Shown: positions 44,665 to 54,173 of the stretch, piece after piece
Numbering within the stretch: the first letter of the stretch is position 1
Layout: each line of letters opens with the position of its first letter
Source: Candidatus Limnocylindrales bacterium
GTDB taxonomy: Bacteria > Chloroflexota > Limnocylindria > Limnocylindrales > CSP1-4
Assembly: GCA_038325875.1 (NCBI GenBank)
Contig: JBBQJL010000004.1
Location: 42,907-106,906, forward strand
Reading direction: 5' to 3'
DNA: 64,000 nucleotides
Translations under genes and position numbers: made by a program
The notes under the pieces: model-generated
Seen by the model: the letters and a program-made list of their open reading frames with translations, nothing else
What the model was told of the DNA's origin: nothing
Databases searched by the model: none

Positions 44665-45336
44665 TCAGCCGGCGCCCGGGGTGCGGTGCTTGGCGACGAA
44701 CGCGGCGGCCTGTGCCCGGCGTTCCAGGTTCAGCTTCGACAGGATCGAGCTGACATAGTTCTTGACCGTCTTGTCCGAGAGGTAGACCTCGGCCGCGATC
44801 TCCTTGTTCGTCTTGCCCTCCGCGACGAGGGCCAGGATCCGTCGCTCCTGGGTCGTCAGTCCGGCCAGCTCGTCGGGCTCGTCGGAGGCGGCGACCCGCC
44901 GGATCCGCTCGAGGACCCGCTCGGTCACCGCCGGATCGAGCAATGACCCGCCATTGCCGACCACCTCGAGCGCCGACACGAGGTCGCGGGCGCGGACCTG
45001 CTTGAGGAGGTAGCCACTGGCACCGGCGACGATCGCGGACAGGACCGCCTCTTCGTCCGGATAGCTGGTCAGCATCACGACCCTCGTCGTCGGCATCTCC
45101 GAGCGGATCTCCCGGCAGGCCTCGATCCCCGATCCGTCGGGCAGGCGGACATCCATCACGACGAGGTCGGGTCGATGCCGACGAGCCTCGGCCAGGGCTT
45201 CGGCGACGGAGCCGGCCTGGGCCACGACCTGAAAGCCAGGCCGCCGGTCGAGCAGGGAGACCAGGCCCTCACGGACGACCTCGTGGTCGTCGACGACGAG
45301 CAGGCGGAGCGGGGCGGCGGGAGTCTCGCCGGTCAC
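44665..45336 (-). CDS. NarL/FixJ-family response regulator (receiver + LuxR HTH)
   Basis: ..LRLLVVDDHEVVREGL..DLVVMDVRLPDG.. and ..LTTQERRILALVAEGKTNKEIAAEVYLSDKTVKNYVSSILSKL.. GTGA overlap with the kinase stop at 45333-45336. Confidence 0.9.
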   Translation of the reverse strand: MTGETPAAPLRLLVVDDHEVVREGLVSLLDRRPGFQVVAQAGSVAEALAEARRHRPDLVVMDVRLPDGSGIEACREIRSEMPTTRVVMLTSYPDEEAVLSAIVAGASGYLLKQVRARDLVSALEVVGNGGSLLDPAVTERVLERIRRVAASDEPDELAGLTTQERRILALVAEGKTNKEIAAEVYLSDKTVKNYVSSILSKLNLERRAQAAAFVAKHRTPGAG

Positions 45337-46484
45337 GCGGCGACTCTCGGCGGGACGGTCAGGACGATCCGCGCCCCGGCTCCCGGTGCGCTGGTCACGC
45401 TTAGCTCGCCGCCCACCCGGACCGCCCGATCACGCATGTTCCGCATCCCCTGGTGCCCGAGGGTTGATCCGCCACCGCTGTTGAAGCCGATCCCATTGTC
45501 GGCGATCTCGAGGATGAGTCGGCCGCTGTCGGTGCGGACGGTGATGTCGGCGCGACTGGCCTGCGAGTGCCGGGCGACATTGGCGAGCGCCTCGGACAGG
45601 ATCGCCAGGACGTCCTGGGTGACCTCGGGATCGGGCTCCGGGAGATCGCTCGATGGGAGGACGAGCTCGAGGTCGATCGTCGTGTTGTGCCGATACTCGT
45701 CGACCAGGGTTGCCGTCCCGCCCAGCAGGGTCGTCCCGCCGAGCAGCTCGGGCTGGAGGCTGAAGATGAGGTTACGGATGTCGCGGATCGTGTGGTGGAG
45801 GGAGTCGATCGCGCGCTCGACGAGGATACCGGCCTCATCAGGGGCATCGTGCATGAGCTGGGGCACATCCTCCAGTGACAGGCCGACCGCGTACAGGCTC
45901 TGGATGATCCCGTCATGCAGGTCCTTGCCGATCCGCTCGCGCTCGTCGACGACGACCAGGCGCTGGATCTCCTCGTGGAGGCGGGCGTTTTCGATGGCGA
46001 TCCCGGCGTGCAGGGCGAGCATTTCGACCAGCTGCTGGTCGCCCTCGGTGAACTCGGGCCCGTCCAGCTTGTCGGTGAGGTAGAGGTTGCCGACCGTCCT
46101 GCCTTTGACCGTGATCGGCGAGCCCAGGAAGCTCGTCATCGGTGGGTGGTTGGCTGGGAATCCATGTCGGTTGGGATCGACCGCCAAGTCGACGACCCTG
46201 ATCGACCGGTTCTCGCGGATGATCAACCCGAGTAGCCCGTGACCACGGGGCGGATCGCCGATCAGCTCGCGCTGCTCAGCCGAGATCCCGCTCGTGATGA
46301 AGCGCTCGATCCGCCCCAGCCGATCGACGATGCCGAGCGCGGCGTAGCGGGCGCCGACCAGCGGGCGGACGCGATCCACGATGAGCTGGAGGACGCCCTC
46401 GACCGAGAGCTCCTCGGCGATCGCCCGGGTCGCGGCGTCGAGCGCTTCGATCGTCATCCCGCAGAGGGTAGCAGGCGCGAGCAC
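45333..46484 (-). CDS. GAF-domain sensor histidine kinase (HisKA_3 / NarX-DevS type), cytoplasmic
   Basis: GAF ..FLGSPITVKGRTVGNLYLTDK.., H-box ..ERERIGKDLHDGIIQSLY.., HATPase ..NVARHSQAS..DNGIGF.. The start could also be the internal ATG at 46457. Confidence 0.9.
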   Translation of the reverse strand: MLAPATLCGMTIEALDAATRAIAEELSVEGVLQLIVDRVRPLVGARYAALGIVDRLGRIERFITSGISAEQRELIGDPPRGHGLLGLIIRENRSIRVVDLAVDPNRHGFPANHPPMTSFLGSPITVKGRTVGNLYLTDKLDGPEFTEGDQQLVEMLALHAGIAIENARLHEEIQRLVVVDERERIGKDLHDGIIQSLYAVGLSLEDVPQLMHDAPDEAGILVERAIDSLHHTIRDIRNLIFSLQPELLGGTTLLGGTATLVDEYRHNTTIDLELVLPSSDLPEPDPEVTQDVLAILSEALANVARHSQASRADITVRTDSGRLILEIADNGIGFNSGGGSTLGHQGMRNMRDRAVRVGGELSVTSAPGAGARIVLTVPPRVAA

Positions 46485-46828
46485 TGCGCTCAGAGGCCGC
46501 GGCGACGCCTCCGGATCAGCAGGTTGTGCGGAACGTCGGACCCAGCGGTGCTGGGATCGCCGCGAGGAGCGTCCGATCGCCGCCCGCCGGCCGCAGACGT
46601 CAAGGTCGAGATCGTCTGAGCCCGATCCCGCATCGGGTCGCCTTCACGCTCGGCGGCCGACGACGGGGGCTTCGCTTGGCGGCGGACCCTCCGTCGTTCC
46701 CCGTCCGGCGGTTGCCGGCTCGACCGCTCCGAAAATGCAGAGATGAGCGAGTCGCGGCAAACTACACCGATCGAAACGGAGGTCTTCGTTCGCCGTCCCC
46801 AGGCGGCGTCCAGGTGGAGAGGAGCACT

Positions 46829-48064
46829 ATGTCGGCGGTAGATCCAGGCGCCCAGAGGGCGTCTCGCGAACAGGCGACCCACGCATCTTCAGATCCGCTC
46901 GCGGATCCCATCCACGGTCGAAACCCCGATGGCCGCAGGTCTCAACGACACGGCCGCGCACGCAGACCCTCGCTCGCGATCGTCGTCGGGGCGGTCCTGG
47001 CGCTCGGCGCCGCACTCGGCCCCTGGTCGGCGCCACCCACGGTCGGCGCCACCGGCGATTACCTCCTGATGCCGAAAGCAGAGCTGCTTGCTCGACCAGT
47101 CACCGGCTCGGCATGGACGGCCCTCAAGGCGGTCGCGGACGGTACGTTCAGCACGCCGAACCTGTGCGACCAGAACTCCAAGCACCACCTTCAGACGCTC
47201 GCCGCCGCGCTGGTCTACGCCCGGACCGGGACCGCCTCGTACCAGGCGAAGGCGCAGGGCGCGATCATGGCCGCCCTGCCCACCCAGAAGGTCGGCTGCT
47301 CGAACGCGGTTCTGGCCCTCGGCCGGCAGCTGGCAGCCTATGTCCTGGCGGCGGATTTGTCGTCGCTTCGGACGTCGAGCTCCGGGCCGGCCTTCGCGAC
47401 ATGGTTGTCGGCGATCCGAACGAAGAACATCGGCGGTCACTCGATCTGGACGTCGATCAAGGGCACCCATGAGAACTCGCCGAACAATTGGGGGGCCTAC
47501 GCCGGCGCCGCCCGGATCGCGGCGGATCGCTACCTCGCCGACGCGACCGACCTGGCGGCTGCGACCAGAGTCACCCAGGGCTACCTCGGCGACCGGACCG
47601 CCTACGCCGGGTTCAATACCAATGCCAGCGCGGCCGCTCTGTCCTGGTCGTGCACAGGCTCCGTTACGACGTACGCCCCGGTGAACCCGGTCTGCACCAA
47701 GAGCGGGATCAATGTGGACGGCGGTGCGGTCTGGGACATCAGCCGCGGCGGCTCGCTCAAGTGGACGCCACCCGATCCGGGCATCCCTTACCAACTCGAC
47801 TCGATCCAGGGTCTGGGCCTCCAGGTCGAGCTCCTCTACCGCGGCGGTGCCACGACCGCCTGGACCTGGTCGACCAGCGCGCTCAAACGGATGGCCGCGA
47901 TCGTGACCCGGTCCGCCGCGTCCGGAGGCACAGGTTGGAACGGCACGCAGACCGCCCGGCAGATGCCGTGGCTGCTCAACCGCCGTTACGGACTCAGTCT
48001 GCCCACCGCGGCGTCGGGAATCGGCCGCGCGATCGGATTCACAGACTGGCTGTACGGCCCATAA
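46829..48064 (+). CDS. Secreted alginate-lyase-like (alpha/alpha-toroid polysaccharide lyase fold) protein
   Basis: GGAGAGGAG RBS. N-terminal basic region plus hydrophobic signal (..RRPSLAIVVGAVLALGAALG..). ..HENSPNNWGAYAGAARIAADRYL.. resembles the NNHSYW block of alginate lyases. The functional call is tentative. Confidence 0.55.
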   Translation: MSAVDPGAQRASREQATHASSDPLADPIHGRNPDGRRSQRHGRARRPSLAIVVGAVLALGAALGPWSAPPTVGATGDYLLMPKAELLARPVTGSAWTALKAVADGTFSTPNLCDQNSKHHLQTLAAALVYARTGTASYQAKAQGAIMAALPTQKVGCSNAVLALGRQLAAYVLAADLSSLRTSSSGPAFATWLSAIRTKNIGGHSIWTSIKGTHENSPNNWGAYAGAARIAADRYLADATDLAAATRVTQGYLGDRTAYAGFNTNASAAALSWSCTGSVTTYAPVNPVCTKSGINVDGGAVWDISRGGSLKWTPPDPGIPYQLDSIQGLGLQVELLYRGGATTAWTWSTSALKRMAAIVTRSAASGGTGWNGTQTARQMPWLLNRRYGLSLPTAASGIGRAIGFTDWLYGP

Positions 48065-48244
48065 GCATGGGCACCGACCGGTAGCCGGTCTTCATCCGCA
48101 CCTCGCCGATCTCTCCGACCCGGCCCCGATCCTCCACGGGGCCGGGTCGATGCATGCCCATCGGTTGCGGTCGGGCGGCTCTGCTGCGATCTGATCACGG
48201 ACCCATCCGAACTTCGGTGGCGGTCGAATGGGAGGTACAAGTCG

Positions 48245-48853
48245 ATGTCCGACCTCGGACACAAGAAAGGGAAACCGAAGACCATGAAGCGCCCCGTGAT
48301 CATCCTGGTGACCGCGCTCACGATCATCGTGGCCGCGTGCTCCAGCGCGGCTTCGCCCGCCCCGGCCACGCCGGCACCGGCAACGCCGGCACCGGCAACG
48401 CCGGCACCGGCAACGCCCGCCGCCTCCCCGAGCGCTGCGCTCGGTGACATCGTCGCCACGGCCGATGGCGCGGGCACGTTCAGGACGCTGCTCGCCGCCG
48501 CCACGGCTGCCGGCCTCGTCGATACCCTCAAGGGCCCCGGCCCGTTCACCGTCTTCGCCCCGACCGACGCGGCCTTCGCGGCCCTGCCGGCCGGCACCCT
48601 CGACAAGCTCCTGGCCGACCCCGCAGCCCTCAAGAAGATCCTCCTCTACCACGTCGTCTCGGGCAAGGTGACGGCCGACCAGGTCGTCAAGCTGACCTCC
48701 GCCGACTCGGTCGAGGGTTCGCCCATCGCCATCGCCGTCAAGGACGGCAAGGTCTACCTCAACGATGCCGCCCAGGTCGTCGCGACCGACGTCATGGCCT
48801 CCAACGGCATCATCCACGTCATCGACCAGGTGCTCCTGCCGCCGACCAAGTAA
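48245..48853 (+). CDS. Fasciclin (FAS1) domain lipoprotein (MPT70/MPB70-like)
   Basis: Lipobox ..LTIIVAAC|SS, PAPAT repeats, FAS1 blocks ..[11 protein letters not shown].. and ..[14 protein letters not shown]. An alternative ATG exists at 48284. Confidence 0.85.
   Translation: MSDLGHKKGKPKTMKRPVIILVTALTIIVAACSSAASPAPATPAPATPAPATPAPATPAASPSAALGDIVATADGAGTFRTLLAAATAAGLVDTLKGPGPFTVFAPTDAAFAALPAGTLDKLLADPAALKKILLYHVVSGKVTADQVVKLTSADSVEGSPIAIAVKDGKVYLNDAAQVVATDVMASNGIIHVIDQVLLPPTK
48371..48415. repeat. 15-nt tandem repeat x3 (ccggcaccggcaacg, encoding PAPAT) in the fasciclin linker
   Basis: Read directly. Confidence 0.9.
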
Positions 48854-48874
48854 GCGCAGGATCCCCGTTCCATC

Positions 48875-48905
48875 AGAGATGGCGCCCACACCGGGCGCCA
48901 TCTCT
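48875..48905 (+). terminator. Rho-independent terminator after the fasciclin gene
   Basis: agagatggcgccc-acacc-gggcgccatctct (13-bp perfect stem), followed by tgttgatt. Confidence 0.7.
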
Positions 48906-49061
48906 TGTTGATTCCCGAGGGGCGCTGACGGCCACGGCGGACAGGCGTGAGTCGGTCATGCCACTATGGCGCTCATCGGACGGCGCCTCGTCGACCGAGG
49001 CTCCGAACTGCCTCGCCGATCCGCGCGGGCCGCGCCTGACGAGAGGGATGTAGGAGACACG

Positions 49062-49805
49062 ATGGGCTACACGGAGGAGCTTCTCGCGACCAACGAGAAG
49101 ATCGTCTACCGGACCAAGCAGCACTGGATGGCGCCGATCTTCGGGACCGTCTCCGGGGTGATCATCCTGATCGTTGGGATCGCCCTGTTCGGCTTCCAGC
49201 TGACCATGGCGACCGACGGGTTCATGGGCTTCCTCAGGACGCTGGCCTTCTGGGGCTCGCTCGTCCTCATCGTCTTCGGCCTGGCTCGGGTCGGGTTCTC
49301 GTACATCCTGTGGTGGGTCGAGGACTACGCGGTCACGAACCAGAAGGTGGTCAAGGTGGCTGGCTTGCTCAACAAGCGGACCAGCGGGGCCGCTCTCGAG
49401 AAGATCAACGACGTGGTCATGGAGCAAGGGCCGCTCGGCCGCGCGTTGGGCTACGGGACCCTCAAGGTGGCGACCGCCTCCGACTCGACCGACCTGACCT
49501 ACGAAACGATGCGGGCGCCGGCCGACTTCCGCCGGGCGATGCTCGATGAGAAGGTGGCCTTCGAGCAAGCCGATTCGCGGATGATCGCCGAGGCGGTTCG
49601 CGCCGCCGGCCCCGGGGCGCCGGTCACGGACGCGTCCGGCCCCGCCGCGTCGGCTGCCACCGTTCCGATCCAGGCCGCGCCGGCGGCACCGTCCGGTCCA
49701 ACCTCCGAGGACAAGCTCAGGAGCCTGGCCAGGATGCGCGACGACGGCCTGATCACGGCCGAGGACTACGAGGCGAAGAAGGCCGAGCTCCTGTCCGACA
49801 TCTAG
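49062..49805 (+). CDS. Membrane bPH_2 (YdbS/YdbT-like PH) domain protein with C-terminal SHOCT domain
   Basis: ..NEKIVYRTKQHWMAPI.. then two TM helices, ..YAVTNQKVVKVAGLLNKRTSGAALEKINDV.., and a C-terminal ..KLRSLARMRDDGLITAEDYEAKKAELL (SHOCT). Confidence 0.8.
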   Translation: MGYTEELLATNEKIVYRTKQHWMAPIFGTVSGVIILIVGIALFGFQLTMATDGFMGFLRTLAFWGSLVLIVFGLARVGFSYILWWVEDYAVTNQKVVKVAGLLNKRTSGAALEKINDVVMEQGPLGRALGYGTLKVATASDSTDLTYETMRAPADFRRAMLDEKVAFEQADSRMIAEAVRAAGPGAPVTDASGPAASAATVPIQAAPAAPSGPTSEDKLRSLARMRDDGLITAEDYEAKKAELLSDI

Positions 49806-49843
49806 AAGGGAAGCGCTCCGCCGGGACCGCGGCACCTGGATCC

Positions 49844-50962
49844 CTACGGTACGAGGCGATAGAACCGCCAGAAGTCGGCCTCGATCGGGAGGACGTCCAG
49901 CCGGCTGTAGCCGGCCTCGGCCGCGAATCGGCGGAGCACCTCGGGGCGCATCACCGTGCCGGTGCCGGCCGACGGGTCGTCGGCCAGCACATTCGGCAGG
50001 CAGAGCAGGAAGCTGAAGCCGTACATGAAGCGCTCGACCGCATCGCCCGGTGCAGTGAAGCGCTCGGCGACGCGTTCGTCCGCCACGAGGAGGCTGGCAC
50101 CTGGCGCCAGCAGGTTCCGGACGGCACGGAGCACGGCGACCGGCTGCGAGAAGTCGTGGACCGCCTCGAAGATCGTCGCGAGGTCGTACTGTCCGGCGAG
50201 ACCGTGATCGGCCGCATCGCGCACCGTGAAGGTCACTCGATCAGCGACCTCGGTCGTCGCCAGGTTGGCCCGTGCCATGTCGATCGAGCTCGGATCGAGG
50301 TCCAGGCCGTCGACATGGATCTTCGGATAGGCGCGGGCAAGAGCAATGGCCGACCAGCCTCCCCCCACCGCGATGTCGGCGACCCGGGCGGGCGGATCGG
50401 AGCGCAGCCGCGCGTCGATATCGGGGATCGATGCCAGCCACTCGGGCCCGAGCAGGTTGGCGAACAGGGGCCGGTTCATCGAGGCCTGCGCCTCGCGGAT
50501 GTCGGCGCCGTACGCCTCCCAGGATAGGCCCTTACCCGTCCGGAAGGCGTCGAGCAGGCGCGGCGTCTGGGCGGTCATGCCCATCATCGCTCGAGCAACC
50601 GGAGCCATGAATGCGAGGCTTTCCGGGTGGAGGAGCACCTCGCGGTGGCCGTTCGGCAGCGAGTAGCGCCGATCATCCTCGCCGGCTTCGGTATCGTCCA
50701 CGGCCAGGATGCCCGTCACGGCCTGTTGTTCGAGCCATTCCCGGACATAGCGCGGCGCGGTACCGGTGGCGGCGGCCAGCTCCGGTGGGGTGTGCGGCCC
50801 GTCGGCGAGCGCCGCGTAGAGTCCAAGCCGCTCACCCACGTGGAGCGCCGCGAGATCGAACGTGCCAAGTGCAGCCTCGAACAGTCGCCCGGCCAGCGCG
50901 TCCCGTGCGGCCTCATCGCCGGAAGTGACCGACCCGGTCGTGCCAGCCGCCGCAGTGTCCAT
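49844..50962 (-). CDS. SAM-dependent methyltransferase with N-terminal winged-helix/dimerisation domain
   Basis: Start at MDTAAAG.. (ATG 50962). ..PHTPPELAAATGTAPRYVREWLEQQAV.. then ..VADIAVGGGWSAIALA.. (motif I) ..YDLATIFEAVHDF.. Confidence 0.8.
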   Translation of the reverse strand: MDTAAAGTTGSVTSGDEAARDALAGRLFEAALGTFDLAALHVGERLGLYAALADGPHTPPELAAATGTAPRYVREWLEQQAVTGILAVDDTEAGEDDRRYSLPNGHREVLLHPESLAFMAPVARAMMGMTAQTPRLLDAFRTGKGLSWEAYGADIREAQASMNRPLFANLLGPEWLASIPDIDARLRSDPPARVADIAVGGGWSAIALARAYPKIHVDGLDLDPSSIDMARANLATTEVADRVTFTVRDAADHGLAGQYDLATIFEAVHDFSQPVAVLRAVRNLLAPGASLLVADERVAERFTAPGDAVERFMYGFSFLLCLPNVLADDPSAGTGTVMRPEVLRRFAAEAGYSRLDVLPIEADFWRFYRLVP

Positions 50963-51267
50963 CGTCGTACCTCCACGCGCGTTTACGACCGCGTGCCACA
51001 CGCCGCGAGCCGGGACGCACCCTCCCTGCAGGACTTCGAGCCATCCTGTTGCGCGGCACTCTAGCGCGACCGCGCGTAGCCGCACAGTCCCCCTCAGCCG
51101 ATCTCGTCGTCGCCCGTATAGCAAGATACGTCGACCCGTCGTTGGACCCGCGTACGCGTCCCTCTTCTTGTGGTCAGACGATCGCTCTCGCTGACCTGAT
51201 CCTGCTCCTCGGTCGGGGCGAGTGCCCGTCCAGCGGCCGCACCACAGAACAGAGAGAGGTTTCGGGA

Positions 51268-51966
51268 ATGTCGACCGCACCGATCATCCTGGTTCCCGGG
51301 TTCTGGCTCGGCGGGTGGGCCTGGGACGAGGTCGCCGACGCGTTGCGCGCCGATGGCCACGATGTCACCGCGCTGACCCTGCCCGGGCTCGAGTCGGTCG
51401 ATGCCGACCGATTCGCGATCACCCTGTCGGATCACGTCGACGCGATCTGTGGGGCGGTCGAGGCGGCCGGCCGCCCCGCCGTGCTCGCCGTCCACAGCGC
51501 GACCGGGTTCAGTGGCTACGCCGCCAGCGACCGGATCCCCGAGCTGATCGCGGCCATGGTCTACGTCGACTCGGCTCCCGGGAAGGGCGCGTTGGACCCC
51601 GACTTCGGTGGCGTCGAGAAGCCCCTGGTCTGGAAGGACATCGAGGAGGAGGAGAACCTCGACGGGCTCAGCGAGGACCAGAAGGAGACGTTCCGGCAGC
51701 GGGCGGTTCCGGTGCCGGGTGGCGTCCTGCGCGAGGCCGTGACCATGAACAACGACGCGCGCCGCGACATACCGACGACGATCATCTGCACGGGCTTCCC
51801 GTCTGAGCAGATCAAGGCCTACGCCAAGGAGCACGACTGGGCGTGGCTGGCCGGTCTCGACGAGCTGCGTGACGTCACGTGGGTCGACCTGCCGACGAGC
51901 CACTGGCCGATGTGGTCGCGTCCCCGAGAGCTGGCCGAGATCATCGGCAACGTCGCGAAAGCGTGA
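51268..51966 (+). CDS. Alpha/beta-fold hydrolase
   Basis: MSTAPIILVPGFWLGGWAWDEV..AVLAVHSATGFSG.. (nucleophile elbow variant) ..LPTSHWPMWS.. Confidence 0.8.
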   Translation: MSTAPIILVPGFWLGGWAWDEVADALRADGHDVTALTLPGLESVDADRFAITLSDHVDAICGAVEAAGRPAVLAVHSATGFSGYAASDRIPELIAAMVYVDSAPGKGALDPDFGGVEKPLVWKDIEEEENLDGLSEDQKETFRQRAVPVPGGVLREAVTMNNDARRDIPTTIICTGFPSEQIKAYAKEHDWAWLAGLDELRDVTWVDLPTSHWPMWSRPRELAEIIGNVAKA

Positions 51967-52108
51967 GCCCTGCTCAAGCTCGACTCGGCGCGACGATCGC
52001 GAGGAGCTCGTCGGCCCGGTTCAGCCCTCCCTGAGCCTCAGCTTACCGACGGTCTGATCGCGATTGACCGGCGCTTGGTCGGCGCAAGTCCGGCGTGGCG
52101 CTTCGTGA

Positions 52109-52302
52109 CTAGCTGTCGGCGACCATCTTCCAGAACGAGTCTTCTCTGCGATCTTGCCGTCGCGGAAGATCCACAGGTCGCAGCCGTTCAAGTCGAGCTG
52201 TCGGCCTTCGACGGACGTTCCCGACAGCCTCCACTCCGAGGCGCCGCGGTCGCCATCGACGAAGTGCTGATCTCGCGAGTGACCGCCGGAGTATGCGCCG
52301 GC
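52109..52302 (-). pseudogene. Remnant of a SnoaL/NTF2-like protein (N-terminally truncated and frameshifted)
   Basis: One minus frame reads ..HFVDGDRGASEWRLSGTSVEGRQLDLNGCDLWIFRDGKIAE.. (opens after TGA 52303-52305). The natural end ..EDSFWKMVADS* (stop 52109-52111) is in a different frame, with the switch inside atcgcagagaagac. Confidence 0.5.
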
Positions 52303-52361
52303 TCATCGGGCCACGATCCAGGTCCCCGTGGTAGCCTGCAGGGCACCTCAAGAGGCACCCC

Positions 52362-53162
52362 GTGGCGCGAGATCACCGGTGGCCGATCGTCCTCCTGCCG
52401 GGCGGCATCCTTCCGGCCGAGCCCGCCTACGCTGCGCTCGTGGGGGAGCTCGGAGACGGCGTGGACGCCCGGCCAAAGGACCTCGAGATCTATGCGGGTC
52501 CGACGGTCCCACCACCGGGCTACAGCCTGGAGACCGAGGTCGAGGGGGTCCGCCGGGTCGCTGACGATGCTGGATTCGGGACGTTCCACCTCGTCGGGTA
52601 TTCCGCGGGCGGAGCGTCGGCGCTGGCATTCGCATCCCGCTATCCGGGACGCCTCCGGAGCCTCGCTCTGATGGAGCCGGCCTGGGCAGGGCGGACTGGC
52701 CAGACCTCACAAGAAGCGGCCGTCTACGATCGCTTTCGAGCCATCCCGGAGATGGAGCCCGAGGGGATCATGCCCGCCTTCATCCGAACGCAGCTGGCGG
52801 AAGGGGTCGAGCCTCCGAACCCGCCTCCGGGGCCGCCACCGCCGTGGATGCCGTCGCGGCTAGCCGCGCTCGGCCCGATGATGGCGGCGTTCGACGCCTT
52901 CGAGCCCGACTTCGACGTGCTCCGGAGGTTCGATCGGCCTGTCTACTTCGCCCTGGGTGGCCACGGCAATCCCGACCTCTACGTGCGCATCGCGGAGCGC
53001 CTGGCCGGTGTCTTCATGGACTTCACGCTCGACGTCTTCGAGGAGCGCCACCATTTCGATCCGCCGCACCGCGTGGAGCCGGCGCGGCTCGCGGCGGCCC
53101 TCCGCGAACTCTGGACGCGGGCGGAGCGGGACGACAGGAGCGACGGCGGCCGCACCGGCTGA
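52362..53162 (+). CDS. Alpha/beta-fold hydrolase
   Basis: GTG start. ..PIVLLPGGILPAE..FHLVGYSAGGASALAFA.. (GxSxG) ..ERHHFDPPH.. Confidence 0.8.
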   Translation: MARDHRWPIVLLPGGILPAEPAYAALVGELGDGVDARPKDLEIYAGPTVPPPGYSLETEVEGVRRVADDAGFGTFHLVGYSAGGASALAFASRYPGRLRSLALMEPAWAGRTGQTSQEAAVYDRFRAIPEMEPEGIMPAFIRTQLAEGVEPPNPPPGPPPPWMPSRLAALGPMMAAFDAFEPDFDVLRRFDRPVYFALGGHGNPDLYVRIAERLAGVFMDFTLDVFEERHHFDPPHRVEPARLAAALRELWTRAERDDRSDGGRTG

Positions 53163-53210
53163 CTGGCATGCCGGCACGGACTCGCGCTCGCGCTGCCAGA
53201 TGCCGCCGGG

Positions 53211-53642
53211 TCAGCCCCGTTCTGAGGCGACCTTCAGCCCATCGGCGAACGCCTCGAACGACGGGCCCAGGTCCGGGATGGACCGCCCGATGAGCCCGGC
53301 GAGCGGCCCGCTGTACACCTCGGTCATCGCGAAGTCCGTGGCAGCGCCGTCCGACGCGGGAGTCAGCGTGTAGGTCCGTATGCCCCGGAAGAGGCCCAGT
53401 GGCATCCCGCTCGCCCAGACCAAGCGCTCGGGCGGGACCAGCTCGGTCACGCGAAGCGTGAATGTGCGCTGCGCGTTCGTCGCCGAGACGAGATGCACAG
53501 TGCCACCGGGCGCGACGTCGCCGTCGATCGAGACGATCGTGGGGTTCCAGGCGAGCCATGACGGGAGGTCTACGAGGAGCGCCCAGGCTCGATCCGGCGC
53601 GGCCGCGATCCGCCGCGTGACGTGGAAGCGGGGCGCGGTCAC
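53211..53642 (-). CDS. SRPBCC (START/polyketide-cyclase-like) family protein
   Basis: GTG start at 53642 (VTAPRFHVTRRIAAAPDRAWALLVDLPSWLAWNP..). GTGA overlap with the upstream gene stop (53639-53642). Confidence 0.75.
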   Translation of the reverse strand: MTAPRFHVTRRIAAAPDRAWALLVDLPSWLAWNPTIVSIDGDVAPGGTVHLVSATNAQRTFTLRVTELVPPERLVWASGMPLGLFRGIRTYTLTPASDGAATDFAMTEVYSGPLAGLIGRSIPDLGPSFEAFADGLKVASERG

Positions 53643-54052
53643 CGGGCACGCATCCGGTTGTTGCGGGCGTTGTGCTCCAGCTCGGCGAGGCCGAGCGCTT
53701 CCAGCACGGGCGGCACGTAGTTGCCGAACCGGCCGCGCAGGCCCTTCTTGAGGCCGTACCAGCCGCCGACGGGGTTGTCGGCCGCGCGGCCCCACGCTTC
53801 GACCGTCCCCGGCGTGGCCTCCTTCTGCTCATCGGCGCTCCCGAGCGGCACCCAGTCGCCCTGCGCTGCGAGCATGGCGTAGAGGTCGTCGATGCAGCGG
53901 AGGTGGTAGCGCAGCTCCGTCGACCCCACCTGGACGACGAGCGCCGGCGGGCTCGCGTCACGGTCGCGGTGCGCCTCGAACTCCGACGAGCCCGGTGGGG
54001 TCCGCAGAACCCAGGGATCGTCCTTCGTGCCGGTCCCCTCGACTTCGCCCAT
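53639..54052 (-). CDS. Conserved hypothetical protein (137 aa), family not recognised
   Basis: MGEVEGTGTKDDPWVLRTPPGSSEF..VEAWGRAADNPVGGWYGLKKGLRGRFGNYVPPVLEALGLAELEHNARNNRMRAR. Well-behaved composition. Translationally coupled to the SRPBCC gene. Confidence 0.7.
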   Translation of the reverse strand: MGEVEGTGTKDDPWVLRTPPGSSEFEAHRDRDASPPALVVQVGSTELRYHLRCIDDLYAMLAAQGDWVPLGSADEQKEATPGTVEAWGRAADNPVGGWYGLKKGLRGRFGNYVPPVLEALGLAELEHNARNNRMRAR

Positions 54053-54173
54053 GGTCACCTGCCTCCGCCCTGCGATCCGCGCGACGTGCGCGGCACGGCT
54101 GACAGTACGGGGCAAAGACCGCCATCATGTGTCGGGATTTCCCGTCGACGGTGCGGAACCAGGAGAGGACGCG

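Noticed and set aside
53023-53961. 312-aa minus-strand ORF
   Set aside because: It is an off-frame read across the SRPBCC gene and the 137-aa conserved gene, and it is Arg/Ala/Pro-rich.
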